NCBI GenBank assembly: GCA_965602015.1
Contig: OZ271918.1
Coordinates: 2,592,001 to 2,656,000, forward strand
Direction: 5' to 3'
DNA from: Salinispira sp.
GTDB lineage: Bacteria > Spirochaetota > Spirochaetia > DSM-27196 > Salinispiraceae
DNA length: 64,000 nt
The notes beneath the pieces are model-generated. The model was given only the letters and a program-made list of their open reading frames with translations, had not been told where the DNA came from and ran no database searches. Below, piece after piece: positions 1 to 9,856 of the stretch (positions are counted from its first letter, which is position 1; the number at the start of each line of letters is the position of its first letter). The position numbers and the translations under genes were made by a program.

Positions 1-1
1 A

Positions 2-94
2 ATTGGAGAAATACTGCCGCATCTCGCGGTGCTCTTCCTGTTCGGCGTAGTTTTTCAATTGCTGAGCTCATGGAGACCTGTGGACATCGCCTGA
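2..94 (+). CDS. 3' end of a membrane protein (possibly an ABC-2 type permease), partial
   Basis: Open frame IGEILPHLAVLFLFGVVFQLLSSWRPVDIA* with one hydrophobic helix; lies directly upstream of a two-component pair. Confidence 0.45.
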   Translation: MGEILPHLAVLFLFGVVFQLLSSWRPVDIA

Positions 95-116
95 TGGAAT
101 AGATAGAGTTGTTTTC

Positions 117-1241
117 ATGGAAACGCGGGAAACCGCTATAGCACAGGTGGTTGTAAAGGGCGGAGTGTGGCTGGCTTTATTGGTCACCCTCCAGCCGCGC
201 ATTGCCCAGGATTACTTGCCCGGATTGCTTTTGACGCTTATCCTGTTCGGAATTGCGGCGGAAATCGCCAACTCCCGCTTCCTTCCCTCAAAAGGACCAA
301 CGCTGGCTAAATGTGCGGCGTTTGTGGTATTGGGGGCGGTTGATCCGGCGTTTTCCCTCCTCATCATTTCAATCGCTTTCGATATTGCTCACAAAGGACC
401 GGTTCCCCTAACTGCGGCTGCCATTGCTGGGGCGATTGTTTTCGCTCCAGGTGAGATCTGGGTACCTACAGCATTGGCAGCCTTGCTTGCCGCTGGGCTG
501 GGTTGGTTCGCACGATCCAACTATGAAAAAGCTCAATCTCATCTGCGAACGATAGACAATGAACGAGCATTGCGGTACCGGAGTGAACAAATGCGTGCAA
601 AACTTGACGAGAAAACCCGAGAACTGATTCGGGCGACCGAGCATTCCGAGCGCAATAGGATAGCTCATTCGCTGCATGATGACCTTGGTCATCGGCTAAC
701 TGGTGTGCTAATGCAGCTCGAAGCGGCCCGAACTCTTGCAAAATCTGATCCGAATCGTTCTGCACACAGCCTCGAGACAGCAATTTCCGCATTGCGCGCG
801 TCCATGACTGCAGTACGCGAGGCGGTGTATGACCTCCGGCCACGATCAGCGCCGCTGTCTGATGAAATTCGGCGGATTTGTCTATCATTCCGTCCATGTC
901 CGGTGCGCTTACACATAACAGATGAGCTTTCCAATCTTGATGAAGCGGTACAAAGTGCGATCCTCGGGGTAATACGCGAGCTTCTCACTAATGCAGCTCG
1001 ACATGCTGGGGCAGAACTAATCCATTTGCGCATTCAGATAGTAAGCTTTGAACATGATAGCAATCGACTGAGTTTACAATATCGCGACGACGGCGTGGGA
1101 GCTACGACAATACGTCAGGGAATGGGGCTCACTGGTTTACGCCGAAGAGTAGAAACCCTTGGCGGCACGGTGGCCTGTAGAGGCAATCGGGGATTCTCGG
1201 TCGATGTAGAAATCCCACTTCAAGGAGCTGCACTTGGGTAA
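117..1241 (+). CDS. Membrane sensor histidine kinase, HisKA_3 (NarX/DesK/LiaS-like)
   Basis: N-terminal TM helices; ERNRIAHSLHDDLGH H-box; ELLTNAARHA N-box; DDGVG and GMGLTGLRRRV G-boxes. Confidence 0.93.
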   Translation: METRETAIAQVVVKGGVWLALLVTLQPRIAQDYLPGLLLTLILFGIAAEIANSRFLPSKGPTLAKCAAFVVLGAVDPAFSLLIISIAFDIAHKGPVPLTAAAIAGAIVFAPGEIWVPTALAALLAAGLGWFARSNYEKAQSHLRTIDNERALRYRSEQMRAKLDEKTRELIRATEHSERNRIAHSLHDDLGHRLTGVLMQLEAARTLAKSDPNRSAHSLETAISALRASMTAVREAVYDLRPRSAPLSDEIRRICLSFRPCPVRLHITDELSNLDEAVQSAILGVIRELLTNAARHAGAELIHLRIQIVSFEHDSNRLSLQYRDDGVGATTIRQGMGLTGLRRRVETLGGTVACRGNRGFSVDVEIPLQGAALG

Positions 1242-1914
1242 AATTTTAGTCGCGATTTGTGATGATGATTGTTTGGTACGCGATGGGTTGGGAGCAATCG
1301 TAAACGCCCAAGATGACATGAGCCTTATTGGCACGGCTGCCGATGGCGACGAGGTCGTAGCAATCTGCCAAAAGAACCGACCTGATGTTGTAATAATGGA
1401 CATCCGAATGACCGGTACCGACGGTGTCACTGCAACAAGTCGAATCAAGGCCCATGATCCGACAATAAAAGTCGTTATTCTCACCACATTCCATGATTCC
1501 GACTATGTACGTGGCGCCATGGCCTGCGCGGTGGATGGATATTTACTTAAAAACTCGCCGACGGAAGTGATTCTCGAAGCAGTCCGAACCGCTCACATAG
1601 GCGCAGCCACATTCCAATCAGAGATTGCAGTGACCGTCGGAAAAATGATTTCAAATACTTCAGCCCCGTCGAATGACAGCCGGTTAATGGAGTTGCTATC
1701 GCCCCGAGAGCGGGAAATCCTAACGATCATTGCAGAAGGTTTTTCAAACAAGGAAATCGCAGCGCACCTGCAGCTGTCCGAAGGTACGGTACGCAACTAT
1801 ATTTCGAAAATGTTTGAGAAAACCGGGGCTCGTGACCGAACGCAACTGGCAATTCTTTACTATAAAGGCAACCGCGACAGCCCGGGCACTGACGCAAATG
1901 CGCGCCGGATTTAA
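1234..1914 (+). CDS. NarL/LuxR-family DNA-binding response regulator
   Basis: Receiver domain (CDDD, MDIRM, LTTF, YLLK) plus LSPREREIL...SNKEIA...SEGTVRNY HTH; overlaps the kinase stop. Confidence 0.95.
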   Translation: MGKILVAICDDDCLVRDGLGAIVNAQDDMSLIGTAADGDEVVAICQKNRPDVVIMDIRMTGTDGVTATSRIKAHDPTIKVVILTTFHDSDYVRGAMACAVDGYLLKNSPTEVILEAVRTAHIGAATFQSEIAVTVGKMISNTSAPSNDSRLMELLSPREREILTIIAEGFSNKEIAAHLQLSEGTVRNYISKMFEKTGARDRTQLAILYYKGNRDSPGTDANARRI

Positions 1915-1933
1915 TATATATAATTTTCTCGAT

Positions 1934-1962
1934 TTGACGGTTGTTACATGCAAGTATACAAT
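1934..1962 (+). promoter_or_regulatory. Sigma70-like promoter for the pullulanase
   Basis: TTGACG (1934-1939), 17 bp, TACAAT (1957-1962). Confidence 0.55.
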
Positions 1963-2026
1963 CGCCGGGACTCGCAGGATTTCAAATCACATCACTGCAG
2001 AGTAAAAAAAACTGAAGGATGGCTCG

Positions 2027-4834
2027 ATGATTCGAAAGAACAATCGGAACACTGTTTTTACGCATAAAGGCCTTGTAGCGGCAATCGCGGCCCTACTGGC
2101 GTTCACCGCATGTCAGACCGCCGGGACGGATCAGGACATATCTCAGGCAGCTGGCTCTACGGAACCGGTTTTAACCGCTGAACAGATGCCTCCAATTCCC
2201 GAGGGGCACTTACGGGTGCACTACGTCAGGAACGACGAGGTGTACGACACTATGGTGCTGTGGCTTTGGAATGATACCACCTGGGAAGGCGTCAGCTGGC
2301 CCGAGGGTCTGGAAAAAATCGGCGTCGGGCCATACGGGGCTTTTTACGATGTTCCGCTGGCGGAGAATCCCGCAACCCTTGGGATGGTGGTTGTCGATAA
2401 GCTCCTGGGCGATCCGGGTAAGGACGGGGGCGATAAAACTTTTCAGCTCCTCAACCGCTACAATGAGGTCTGGCTTCGTCAGGGAGATGATGAAGTCTAT
2501 GTCAGCTCAAATTTCGAAAAGCCCATTGGAATTACCGGCGCAAGGGTCCTGGCCGACAATGTCGTTTCCGTTATCTTCGTCACCACTCAGGGGCTCGATG
2601 AGGCGGCGGTACTCGATCAGCTTTCAGTAACCACCCAGGGCGGCGACCCACTTGAAATAACGCAGCTTGAGTTCCTCCGGGACCGGCGAACCGTTCTGGC
2701 GACCGTAGAGGGGGCAGGAGACAGTGCACCGCTTAATGTCGGTTTTGAAGACCGGGTTCTGCTGGCAAATAAGGGCTGGGAATTCATTGATTTCACCTAC
2801 GGATACGACGGCGAACTGGGAGTCTTTTTGAACGAAGACAACAGCGCGACGCTGAAAATGTGGTCCCCAACGGTGGCAAACGTTCAGGTCGTTCTATACG
2901 ATAAAGACGATGCCGAATTTGTAGTTAGAGACGATATCCAAATGACTCTCGGCGATCGGGGGGTGTGGTCAGTAACCCTCAATGAGAGCAACACCGGAAT
3001 TGCCGACTTACGGGGATATTTCTACCACTACAAGGTTGATGCGAACGGCGACGGCAGGGCCCGTTTGGCTCTTGATCCCTATGCGCCGAGTCTCGCCGCA
3101 TATAATTCCACCCGGACGAATGAGCTTGCGAAGGCGGCGATTGTCGATATCGGAGACATCGGACCCGAGCTCGACTTCGCCGACATTGCCGGGTTCGAAA
3201 AACGGGATGACGCGATAATCTGGGAAGCCCATGTGCGGGACGTCACCTCTGATCCTTCAATAGAAAACATGCTCACTTCCCGCTTCGGAACCTATACGGC
3301 GGTTATCGATAAGCTGGACTACGTGCAATCGCTTGGCGTCACCCACATCCAACTGCTTCCCGTGATGTCGTTCAGATTCGGCGATGAAAGCCGGAACGCC
3401 GAACGGGAGCTCGAATACAATGCCAAGGACGCGAATTTTAATTGGGGATACGACCCGATGAGCTATTTCGCCCTTTCAGGGATGTACAGCCAGGATCCCT
3501 CGGATCCCGAAGCCAGGATTGAAGAATTCAAAACCCTCGTTCAGGCCATCCACGACCGCGGCATGGGCGTAATTCTCGACGTGGTGTACAACCACACCGG
3601 CGACATGCGGGTGCTCGAGGATCTTATGCCCGGGTATTATCATTTTTCCGATGCCGATGGAACTCCACGCTCCTCCTATGGCGGCGGAAGGGTCGCCACC
3701 ACCAGGAGAATGGGCCGCAAGCTTATTCTGGACTCCATCCGCCACTGGCTGGAGGAATATAAAGTCGACGGTTTCCGTTTCGACCTCATGGGCGATATGG
3801 ACGCGGAAACCGTACAGCAAATCTGGGATATGTCCGTGGAAATCAATCCGGACGTGGTGATGGTCGGTGAAGGCTGGAGAACCTATGTTGGCGATGCCGG
3901 CGACCCGCGTCAGGCTGCGGACCAGGATTGGATGCAGTTCACTTCTTCAGTTGGCGTTTTCAGCGATGAGTTTAGAAACGAATTAAAATCCGGCTTCGGC
4001 AGCGAAGGCCAGCCCCGGTTCATCACCGGCGGACCGAGAAGCATCCAGCAGATTTTCGAGAATGTAAAAGCTCAGCCTCGCAACTTCGTGGCTGACGAGC
4101 CCGCGGATGTGGTCACCTATATTGCGGCACACGACAACCTCACCCTGCACGATGTAATTGCTCAATCCTCAAGACTTGACCCAGATGTCCCCGAGATGTC
4201 TGAAGAAATCCATCGACGGATACGATTAGGCAACGGACTGTTACTCACCAGCCAGGGCATTGCATTCCTCCATGCCGGACAGGAATACGGAAGAACGAAG
4301 CAATGGAGAGCTCCGGGCCGACCTCAGGACAAGGGAACATCTATGACCCTGGCCGACGGTACGCCGTTCACCTATCCGCATTTTGTGCATGACAGCTACG
4401 ACAGCTCCGACGCGATTAACATGATCGAATGGCAAAAGGTGCTGGATTCCGATGCATATCCCTTGCACAGCTCCACAGTTTCGTACACCGCAGGCCTCAT
4501 TGCTCTCCGCCGAAGTTCCGATGCCTTCCGCCTGGGCAGCAGAGACATCATAAATCAAAACGTGTTGCTGGTTGATGTTCCAGAGCAGAGGGGCACTGAC
4601 TTGATAATGGCGTGGACAGCCGAAGGCACCGACGGACAGCGCTTCCTCATGCTGTTTAACGGCGATACCGTTGAACGACGCTTCAGTCTGGACATCGAGC
4701 TGGATGAAGCCGAGCTTCTGGTAGACCGGGAACAGGCCGGAACGACGGCCATTAGCAATCCGGCTGGCGTGGAAGAAACGAGAAACGGGGTTGCCCTGGC
4801 TCCCCTCACCTTTGCGGTGTATAAACTAAACTAA
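2027..4834 (+). CDS. pulA: Pullulanase (GH13) lipoprotein with N-terminal CBM41-like and CBM48-like domains
   Basis: Lipobox LAFTAC; LRVHY..LWLWND CBM41-like region; FNWGYDP pullulanase signature; DVVYNH, DGFRFDLMG, GEGW and AHDN catalytic motifs. Confidence 0.93.
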   Translation: MIRKNNRNTVFTHKGLVAAIAALLAFTACQTAGTDQDISQAAGSTEPVLTAEQMPPIPEGHLRVHYVRNDEVYDTMVLWLWNDTTWEGVSWPEGLEKIGVGPYGAFYDVPLAENPATLGMVVVDKLLGDPGKDGGDKTFQLLNRYNEVWLRQGDDEVYVSSNFEKPIGITGARVLADNVVSVIFVTTQGLDEAAVLDQLSVTTQGGDPLEITQLEFLRDRRTVLATVEGAGDSAPLNVGFEDRVLLANKGWEFIDFTYGYDGELGVFLNEDNSATLKMWSPTVANVQVVLYDKDDAEFVVRDDIQMTLGDRGVWSVTLNESNTGIADLRGYFYHYKVDANGDGRARLALDPYAPSLAAYNSTRTNELAKAAIVDIGDIGPELDFADIAGFEKRDDAIIWEAHVRDVTSDPSIENMLTSRFGTYTAVIDKLDYVQSLGVTHIQLLPVMSFRFGDESRNAERELEYNAKDANFNWGYDPMSYFALSGMYSQDPSDPEARIEEFKTLVQAIHDRGMGVILDVVYNHTGDMRVLEDLMPGYYHFSDADGTPRSSYGGGRVATTRRMGRKLILDSIRHWLEEYKVDGFRFDLMGDMDAETVQQIWDMSVEINPDVVMVGEGWRTYVGDAGDPRQAADQDWMQFTSSVGVFSDEFRNELKSGFGSEGQPRFITGGPRSIQQIFENVKAQPRNFVADEPADVVTYIAAHDNLTLHDVIAQSSRLDPDVPEMSEEIHRRIRLGNGLLLTSQGIAFLHAGQEYGRTKQWRAPGRPQDKGTSMTLADGTPFTYPHFVHDSYDSSDAINMIEWQKVLDSDAYPLHSSTVSYTAGLIALRRSSDAFRLGSRDIINQNVLLVDVPEQRGTDLIMAWTAEGTDGQRFLMLFNGDTVERRFSLDIELDEAELLVDREQAGTTAISNPAGVEETRNGVALAPLTFAVYKLN

Positions 4835-4868
4835 ACGAGTGCCGAAAGGTCTCTAAGCAACAAGCAGG

Positions 4869-4894
4869 ACCCGCCGGCTCTTGCCGGCGGGTTT
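4869..4894 (+). terminator. Rho-independent terminator after pulA
   Basis: ACCCGCCGGC-TCTT-GCCGGCGGGT perfect 10-bp stem followed by a T-rich tract. Confidence 0.75.
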
Positions 4895-4923
4895 AGTTTC
4901 TATGAGTAAATGCAAAGCTCAAA

Positions 4924-5358
4924 TTATTGAGCTTCGTGCACATACACCCGCTTAAGAACCTGGACACCGTACGATGCAATCCCGGTCTCAATTATTGCCA
5001 AAATTGCGGTAAAAACGTCAGGAGAATCTGACATAATATTACCACCCCTCCTGAGAGCGGCTATGAAAATAAAAAGAAAAGCGTAGAAAGCAATTATAAA
5101 AGTAATAGAGAATACCAAAACCAATATCTCGCTTACTTTTAGATTCAGGTCCCAGCCCGTATTCCGGGGCAATGCCGCAACATAGCTCACAGTTATCGAG
5201 ATATATAACCCCATTATTGGCAACAAGACCGAGCCCAGGCTGATTACCCTTGATAGCCCGAGTTGATTGATTGATAAAAATAAATACGTCAGGACGGTTA
5301 TATGTCCAAACAACACGAGTAGTGATGAGATAAATGATGAAATTGACACCCTGTTCAT
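4924..5358 (-). CDS. Uncharacterised ~4-TM membrane protein (third gene of the AT-rich island)
   Basis: 144 aa with four hydrophobic segments; GGAGG RBS upstream; co-oriented 15 bp after the previous gene. Confidence 0.75.
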   Translation of the reverse strand: MNRVSISSFISSLLVLFGHITVLTYLFLSINQLGLSRVISLGSVLLPIMGLYISITVSYVAALPRNTGWDLNLKVSEILVLVFSITFIIAFYAFLFIFIAALRRGGNIMSDSPDVFTAILAIIETGIASYGVQVLKRVYVHEAQ

Positions 5359-5373
5359 CGTTTTTCCTCCTCT

Positions 5374-6405
5374 TTATTCAAAAACCTCAATGAGCACATC
5401 AGCGAGCGATCTGTTCTCTTCCTGCTCAGCAAGCCACCAGTTTTGCTTTCCTTCCTGATTCGGAACGCGCGGACTGCCGTTAGCAATCATCGTCATTACG
5501 AAAACAGAGAAATCGTCCTGATGCGCGACGACAATAATTTCATACAACCTCCAGCGATCACTATCGGAAAGCCCCAGATCGTCAAAAGCCCAAATCGGTT
5601 TTAGCTTAAAGTGAGCGTAATTTTCAGTGATGACAGGAGGTTCTCGGTACATCTTGCGGATGAAATTGGGATCAAAAACATCGCCATATGGCAAATCTCG
5701 TTCGGTCAAATATCTGAAATCCTGCTGACGAAGATACCGCGCAAGCTTATCTTCCGCTTGGAAGATGAATCTGGAGACTTCCTGCCCATCATAGGTGTAT
5801 GTCACTCCGGTTATTCCGAAAGGCCGACCGGATCCTGCACTGTTTCTGGCTTGTTGACTGACTGTGCTTCCGGTAACTATCCTAATTGGGAGAGGTCCGG
5901 TTCGTATGCCTATTCGATATAGACCAGAATCGTAATAGTTGTTGCTGACAAGTTCGAGTTCATCCAAGGAAAGTAAATCAACTTCATTTCCAAGAAGATA
6001 GTCGCCTTGAAGGAAATCCTGATTTAACAACCCGGTCTCAGAATCTAAAAACTCAGAAGGAAAAAAGGGTGTTAAATCCAGATCGGTTTCAAATAACTCG
6101 ATACGAGGAATTTCATTTGATTGGTCCTGCACCAGAGAGTTTATGATTCCTGCGACATTCGAATCGAATAGCGATCTGTTTCGTGCCAATAGGTTCACTT
6201 CATTAGGCGTGAGCATCCATTCTACATATGTATCTTCTTGGGTAGTGTCCTGGAAAAGCAGGAAGTCTGAATCAACGCGGAGCTCGGATTCAAAGTCCTG
6301 AGTAGGAATCCGTATTACATAATCTTCAAGTTCTGAATTTCCTTCCGGGAACAAGCTCATATGGGAAAACGCGATGACACACAGTAAGCAAACGATGAGT
6401 TTCAT
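5374..6405 (-). CDS. Uncharacterised secreted acidic protein (second gene of the island)
   Basis: 343 aa; signal-peptide-like N-terminus MKLIVCLLCVIAFSHMSLF; GAGG RBS; no recognisable catalytic motif. Confidence 0.75.
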   Translation of the reverse strand: MKLIVCLLCVIAFSHMSLFPEGNSELEDYVIRIPTQDFESELRVDSDFLLFQDTTQEDTYVEWMLTPNEVNLLARNRSLFDSNVAGIINSLVQDQSNEIPRIELFETDLDLTPFFPSEFLDSETGLLNQDFLQGDYLLGNEVDLLSLDELELVSNNYYDSGLYRIGIRTGPLPIRIVTGSTVSQQARNSAGSGRPFGITGVTYTYDGQEVSRFIFQAEDKLARYLRQQDFRYLTERDLPYGDVFDPNFIRKMYREPPVITENYAHFKLKPIWAFDDLGLSDSDRWRLYEIIVVAHQDDFSVFVMTMIANGSPRVPNQEGKQNWWLAEQEENRSLADVLIEVFE

Positions 6406-6414
6406 GGAATCACC

Positions 6415-7242
6415 TCAAGTATGTTCTTCATCCAGGTCCAAAGCGAGTTCATCGGTTGCATCAACGATGTCGAAAACGCCATCTTTCTGTAGAAGCTTTC
6501 GATCCTTCAATGAAAGACTGTCCAATGCTTCCGCCTCGGAACTCCCCATTAAGATTTTTTGCTGAATACTCTTTGGTCGGAGATGTCTTCTTGCCCTGAT
6601 AACAGATACCCGATAAGCAAGCGTTCCTCCCTCGGAACCATCGATCTCGTAACCCACGGATTTTTTCCAAACCACGGAAAAATCTGAATTGACATGAAAA
6701 TTCCGGATATTCGCATCGTTGTATTTTATTCCAACTTCACCGCCATTCGATCCGCTGTACACCAGGTAATATTTTTCAGCAACGACAATGCCTCGTACAA
6801 GATATGTGCTCGCGGGGAGGTCTCCTTCTACGAATGCTTGCAGCACCTTATCCCGCATATCGTTGATATTGCTAAGCGTGATCTGGTGCATGTTTTTCGC
6901 TTTTAGGAACAATTGATTCTTTGCGTTAAAGGTGATTTTCATTCCCAATTCTTTCTCACCCAGGAAGTCCATACCGGGCATGCTGCCATTGGCGTTAAAA
7001 ATAATATCCACGCCGGAGAGAGAGCTGATATTTCTGCTTACCTTCGTCCCAACGGTATAATTCTCTTTGCTTACTCCGAACTCAGAGCCATCCAGGATTT
7101 CCATTGAATCCCTTCTACGTCTCAAGACATCACCGATGCTTATGGTAGAATCGCCGGTACGCAACGGAATAAATCGTCTTCCGTAAATCGTTTTTATCTC
7201 TCTTCTGAGAAGTCCTGCTTGACGGATCGAAATACCAGCCAT
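6415..7242 (-). CDS. Putative bacterial gasdermin-like pore-forming protein
   Basis: 275 aa; the order of elements (FIPL..ISIGDVL; alternating beta hairpins; LSNINDMRDKVL helix; YLVRGIVVA; TLAYRVSVI; acidic tail DGVFDIVD) parallels bGSDM sequences as recalled from memory; GGAGG RBS. Confidence 0.6.
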   Translation of the reverse strand: MAGISIRQAGLLRREIKTIYGRRFIPLRTGDSTISIGDVLRRRRDSMEILDGSEFGVSKENYTVGTKVSRNISSLSGVDIIFNANGSMPGMDFLGEKELGMKITFNAKNQLFLKAKNMHQITLSNINDMRDKVLQAFVEGDLPASTYLVRGIVVAEKYYLVYSGSNGGEVGIKYNDANIRNFHVNSDFSVVWKKSVGYEIDGSEGGTLAYRVSVIRARRHLRPKSIQQKILMGSSEAEALDSLSLKDRKLLQKDGVFDIVDATDELALDLDEEHT

Positions 7243-7445
7243 ATTGCCTCCAATTCTAAAGATTTATATGATAATTATAAATTGTGATTTGCTATCCTGT
7301 TAGGTTCAGATAATGCAAAATTGAAAAAAAATAATTATTTATTTAATGGTGAATCCGAGTCTGAATATGTCTAGCTTATGAACTTCTCAGCAAGATTTCG
7401 GATGGGGCATAAGAAACTCTTCGGGCATGCAGATTGACAAGGATC

Positions 7446-8861
7446 TTACTGATCAACCGCTATCTGATTCTTGCCCCGCTCCTTGGCACGGTAGAGCTGG
7501 GCATCGGCCCGGGCAATGGCATTCTCGAGGTCTTCATCCGGCAGGTACTGGGCGATTCCCATGGACACACTGAAGGTTGCCGCGGGAGTGACTGATCCTG
7601 CCGATCGCTCGTGAATGTGTGCGGCGATTTTTTCACAGATTTCCCGGGCGCCGCGCATCGTCGTTTTTGGAAAGCCGAGAAGAAATTCATCTCCGCCCAG
7701 GCGCATAACAATATCGCTTGAACGAATGCTGTTGTTGACTGTCTTTGCCAAATCGGTCAGCACGAGATCTCCGGTATTGTGACCGTGCTTATCGTTTATT
7801 TCCTTAAAATTATCCACATCCAACATCGCCAGGGATAATGGTTCGCCATGGCGGTTGGCCAGCCCGCACTGCTGAGTCAGGAGGGTCATGCCCAGCCGCC
7901 GGTTAGCCAGTGATGTCAGATCGTCATGCAGGGCCTGATCCTCAAGTTCCCTGCTTAGTTGAACCAGGTTGAGCGATCTCTTTCTGAGTCGTATCTGCTG
8001 GAGGATAAGAAGCAAAAGGGAGAAGGCCGCAATGGGATACACCAGCAGCCGGGATTGCATTAACCGGGGGTCCAGAGGCGGAGAACTGCTTAACTCCATA
8101 ATCCAGGTGCCATTGGGTACCTGGATTGAAATACTAACCTCAGGATTATCGAACTCAGCGCCGTTGGAGAAAAAAAGCGGGGGCTCCGCCTGATCCGGAT
8201 CATCGCCGACAATCCGCACTCCAATGTCCCCGCCGCTGGTGTTCCTTACCCCATCGGGAAGCATTTCATCGACATATAAAATCGCCGTGGAAAATCCCCA
8301 GAAGCTGCCGGGGGAATCATCGGCAAAAATCGGCTTGCGGGCAATCACCGCCAGCCTGTCGTTCTGAATCAGCCGCAGCGGCCCGACGAAGGTCAGTTCC
8401 CTCGATTCTATGGCTCTGAGGGCGCCGTCGTTGCGACGCTGATCGGCCAAAAGATCATGGCCGAATGCGCCTTTATGCTCTTCCCATGGATATATGTAGG
8501 TGACCAGTCCGTCGGGTGCCAATTGCAGCGAGCCGATAAACGGACTTTGGGCGCTGATTTCCGCTGCCCAACTGTCAAATCGTTCGGGATCGTAATCGGA
8601 TTCCTCCAAGAGAATGTGAAGAGCATCGGTTGCGAAAATACCCTGTGAAATAGACTGCTGGAGCTGCTGGCCCCAGCTGGTTCCCAGTGAAAACAGGCTG
8701 TTTCGCAGTTGTGCCCGTTGATACCGCTGCTCGCTGCTGATGGCCGATTCGAATGTGATAACGAGCACGGCAAAGAGCCCTGTCAGAAATGCGCAGATAA
8801 GCACCAGCAGCCACAACGGCATAACGGATCGTTTTTGCTTGCTGCCTGCACGGTATTCCAT
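7446..8861 (-). CDS. Membrane diguanylate cyclase, CHASE + GGDEF
   Basis: TM-CHASE (LQLAPDG..YIYP..GHDLL..FVGPLRLIQ)-TM; DxLTxLxNRR; RSSD I-site and RLGGDEF; start reassigned to the ATG at 8861. Confidence 0.9.
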   Translation of the reverse strand: MEYRAGSKQKRSVMPLWLLVLICAFLTGLFAVLVITFESAISSEQRYQRAQLRNSLFSLGTSWGQQLQQSISQGIFATDALHILLEESDYDPERFDSWAAEISAQSPFIGSLQLAPDGLVTYIYPWEEHKGAFGHDLLADQRRNDGALRAIESRELTFVGPLRLIQNDRLAVIARKPIFADDSPGSFWGFSTAILYVDEMLPDGVRNTSGGDIGVRIVGDDPDQAEPPLFFSNGAEFDNPEVSISIQVPNGTWIMELSSSPPLDPRLMQSRLLVYPIAAFSLLLLILQQIRLRKRSLNLVQLSRELEDQALHDDLTSLANRRLGMTLLTQQCGLANRHGEPLSLAMLDVDNFKEINDKHGHNTGDLVLTDLAKTVNNSIRSSDIVMRLGGDEFLLGFPKTTMRGAREICEKIAAHIHERSAGSVTPAATFSVSMGIAQYLPDEDLENAIARADAQLYRAKERGKNQIAVDQ

Positions 8862-9069
8862 ACCATCAGTATATTCTTTTCCGTACGCATGTGGGTGGTT
8901 ACAGAAAAAGATCGTCAACGATTTCTGTTCGCTGAGGCTGACGTATCCCGATTTAAGCCAGCCGTCCCATAGCCAGGGCATCAGCAATACGCTATAGTGC
9001 GTTCTGTACCGTCGTTCACTGATATCAACCGGATGTAACTCATTATGAACGGCAAAAGCGGAAGGTTAT

Positions 9070-9573
9070 ATGTATTATAAATTCTCACGACTGGCAAAAT
9101 TTACCATCGTATTTACCATGATTTTAAATACAGCGGTGATCCTGCTGCACTCGTTTAATACCTATCGGATGATCGAAAGCAACAAGCTCATCATCGCAAA
9201 AATGGAAGAGCTAAATGTCCTGAGAGACACGGCAATCCGTTACCTCCAGAGAGAAGGCCATGATTTATTTGTCGGAGGCGAGTTTGCCACATTGGCGGGA
9301 ATAGTGCTCGGTCTGCTCGCCCTGTTTTCCCTGTATAAGTTCGCTCAGGATAACAGTTTCTTTTTTGCCATTGCAGCCTCGTTTTTTTGCCTGCTAACCA
9401 CCTTCGTGGGCGGCCTTCTGCTGTTTTATGTGATTTTCTCCGGAAAAAGCGAAGTAGCTATCGAAAGCGAAGAGCGGACCTATCGAAGTCAGTGGGAGCA
9501 GTTCATCAGCCGCAAAAGCAATGAACAGAGAGAAGACTCGCCTCCGCTTCACCACCCGCATAATCGGACATAA
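9070..9573 (+). CDS. Hypothetical membrane protein
   Basis: 167 aa with 3-4 TM segments; GGAAGG RBS. Confidence 0.7.
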   Translation: MYYKFSRLAKFTIVFTMILNTAVILLHSFNTYRMIESNKLIIAKMEELNVLRDTAIRYLQREGHDLFVGGEFATLAGIVLGLLALFSLYKFAQDNSFFFAIAASFFCLLTTFVGGLLLFYVIFSGKSEVAIESEERTYRSQWEQFISRKSNEQREDSPPLHHPHNRT

Positions 9574-9604
9574 AAACGCCGGCAATCCCGAGAGGTCGCC
9601 GGCG
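9572..9604 (-). terminator. Terminator of the opp operon (possibly bidirectional)
   Basis: CGCCGGC...GCCGGCG stem with a T5 tract on the minus strand. Confidence 0.55.
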
Positions 9605-9628
9605 AATCGTAAACAGGAAAATAAGCGC

Positions 9629-9856
9629 TTAGCCGAATATCCACATGGTGATGGCGTAGTACAAAAACAGTACCACAAGAGCCAGGGGCAATATTGTGGT
9701 GAATGCGGCGATAATCAGGGCGGGAAGATCGCCTTTATCGGTTTCGGTTTTCTCCCTCAGTTCCCTGAGAAGCTCCTTTTCTTCCGCGGCGGTTCGCCGC
9801 GGAGATTTTAAGGGGTTGCGCTTAAAAATGTCGCCGATTTTGAAGTCAGAACTCAT
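9629..9856 (-). CDS. Small membrane protein co-transcribed with oppF
   Basis: 75 aa; charged N-terminus and C-terminal TM (DKGDLPALIIAAF...); ATGA overlap with the oppF stop. Confidence 0.7.
   Translation of the reverse strand: MSSDFKIGDIFKRNPLKSPRRTAAEEKELLRELREKTETDKGDLPALIIAAFTTILPLALVVLFLYYAITMWIFG

Noticed and set aside
4895..7330. Direct repeats or att sites bounding the AT-rich island
   Set aside because: Only an 8-bp AATGCAAA match was seen; no integrase or tRNA; likely chance
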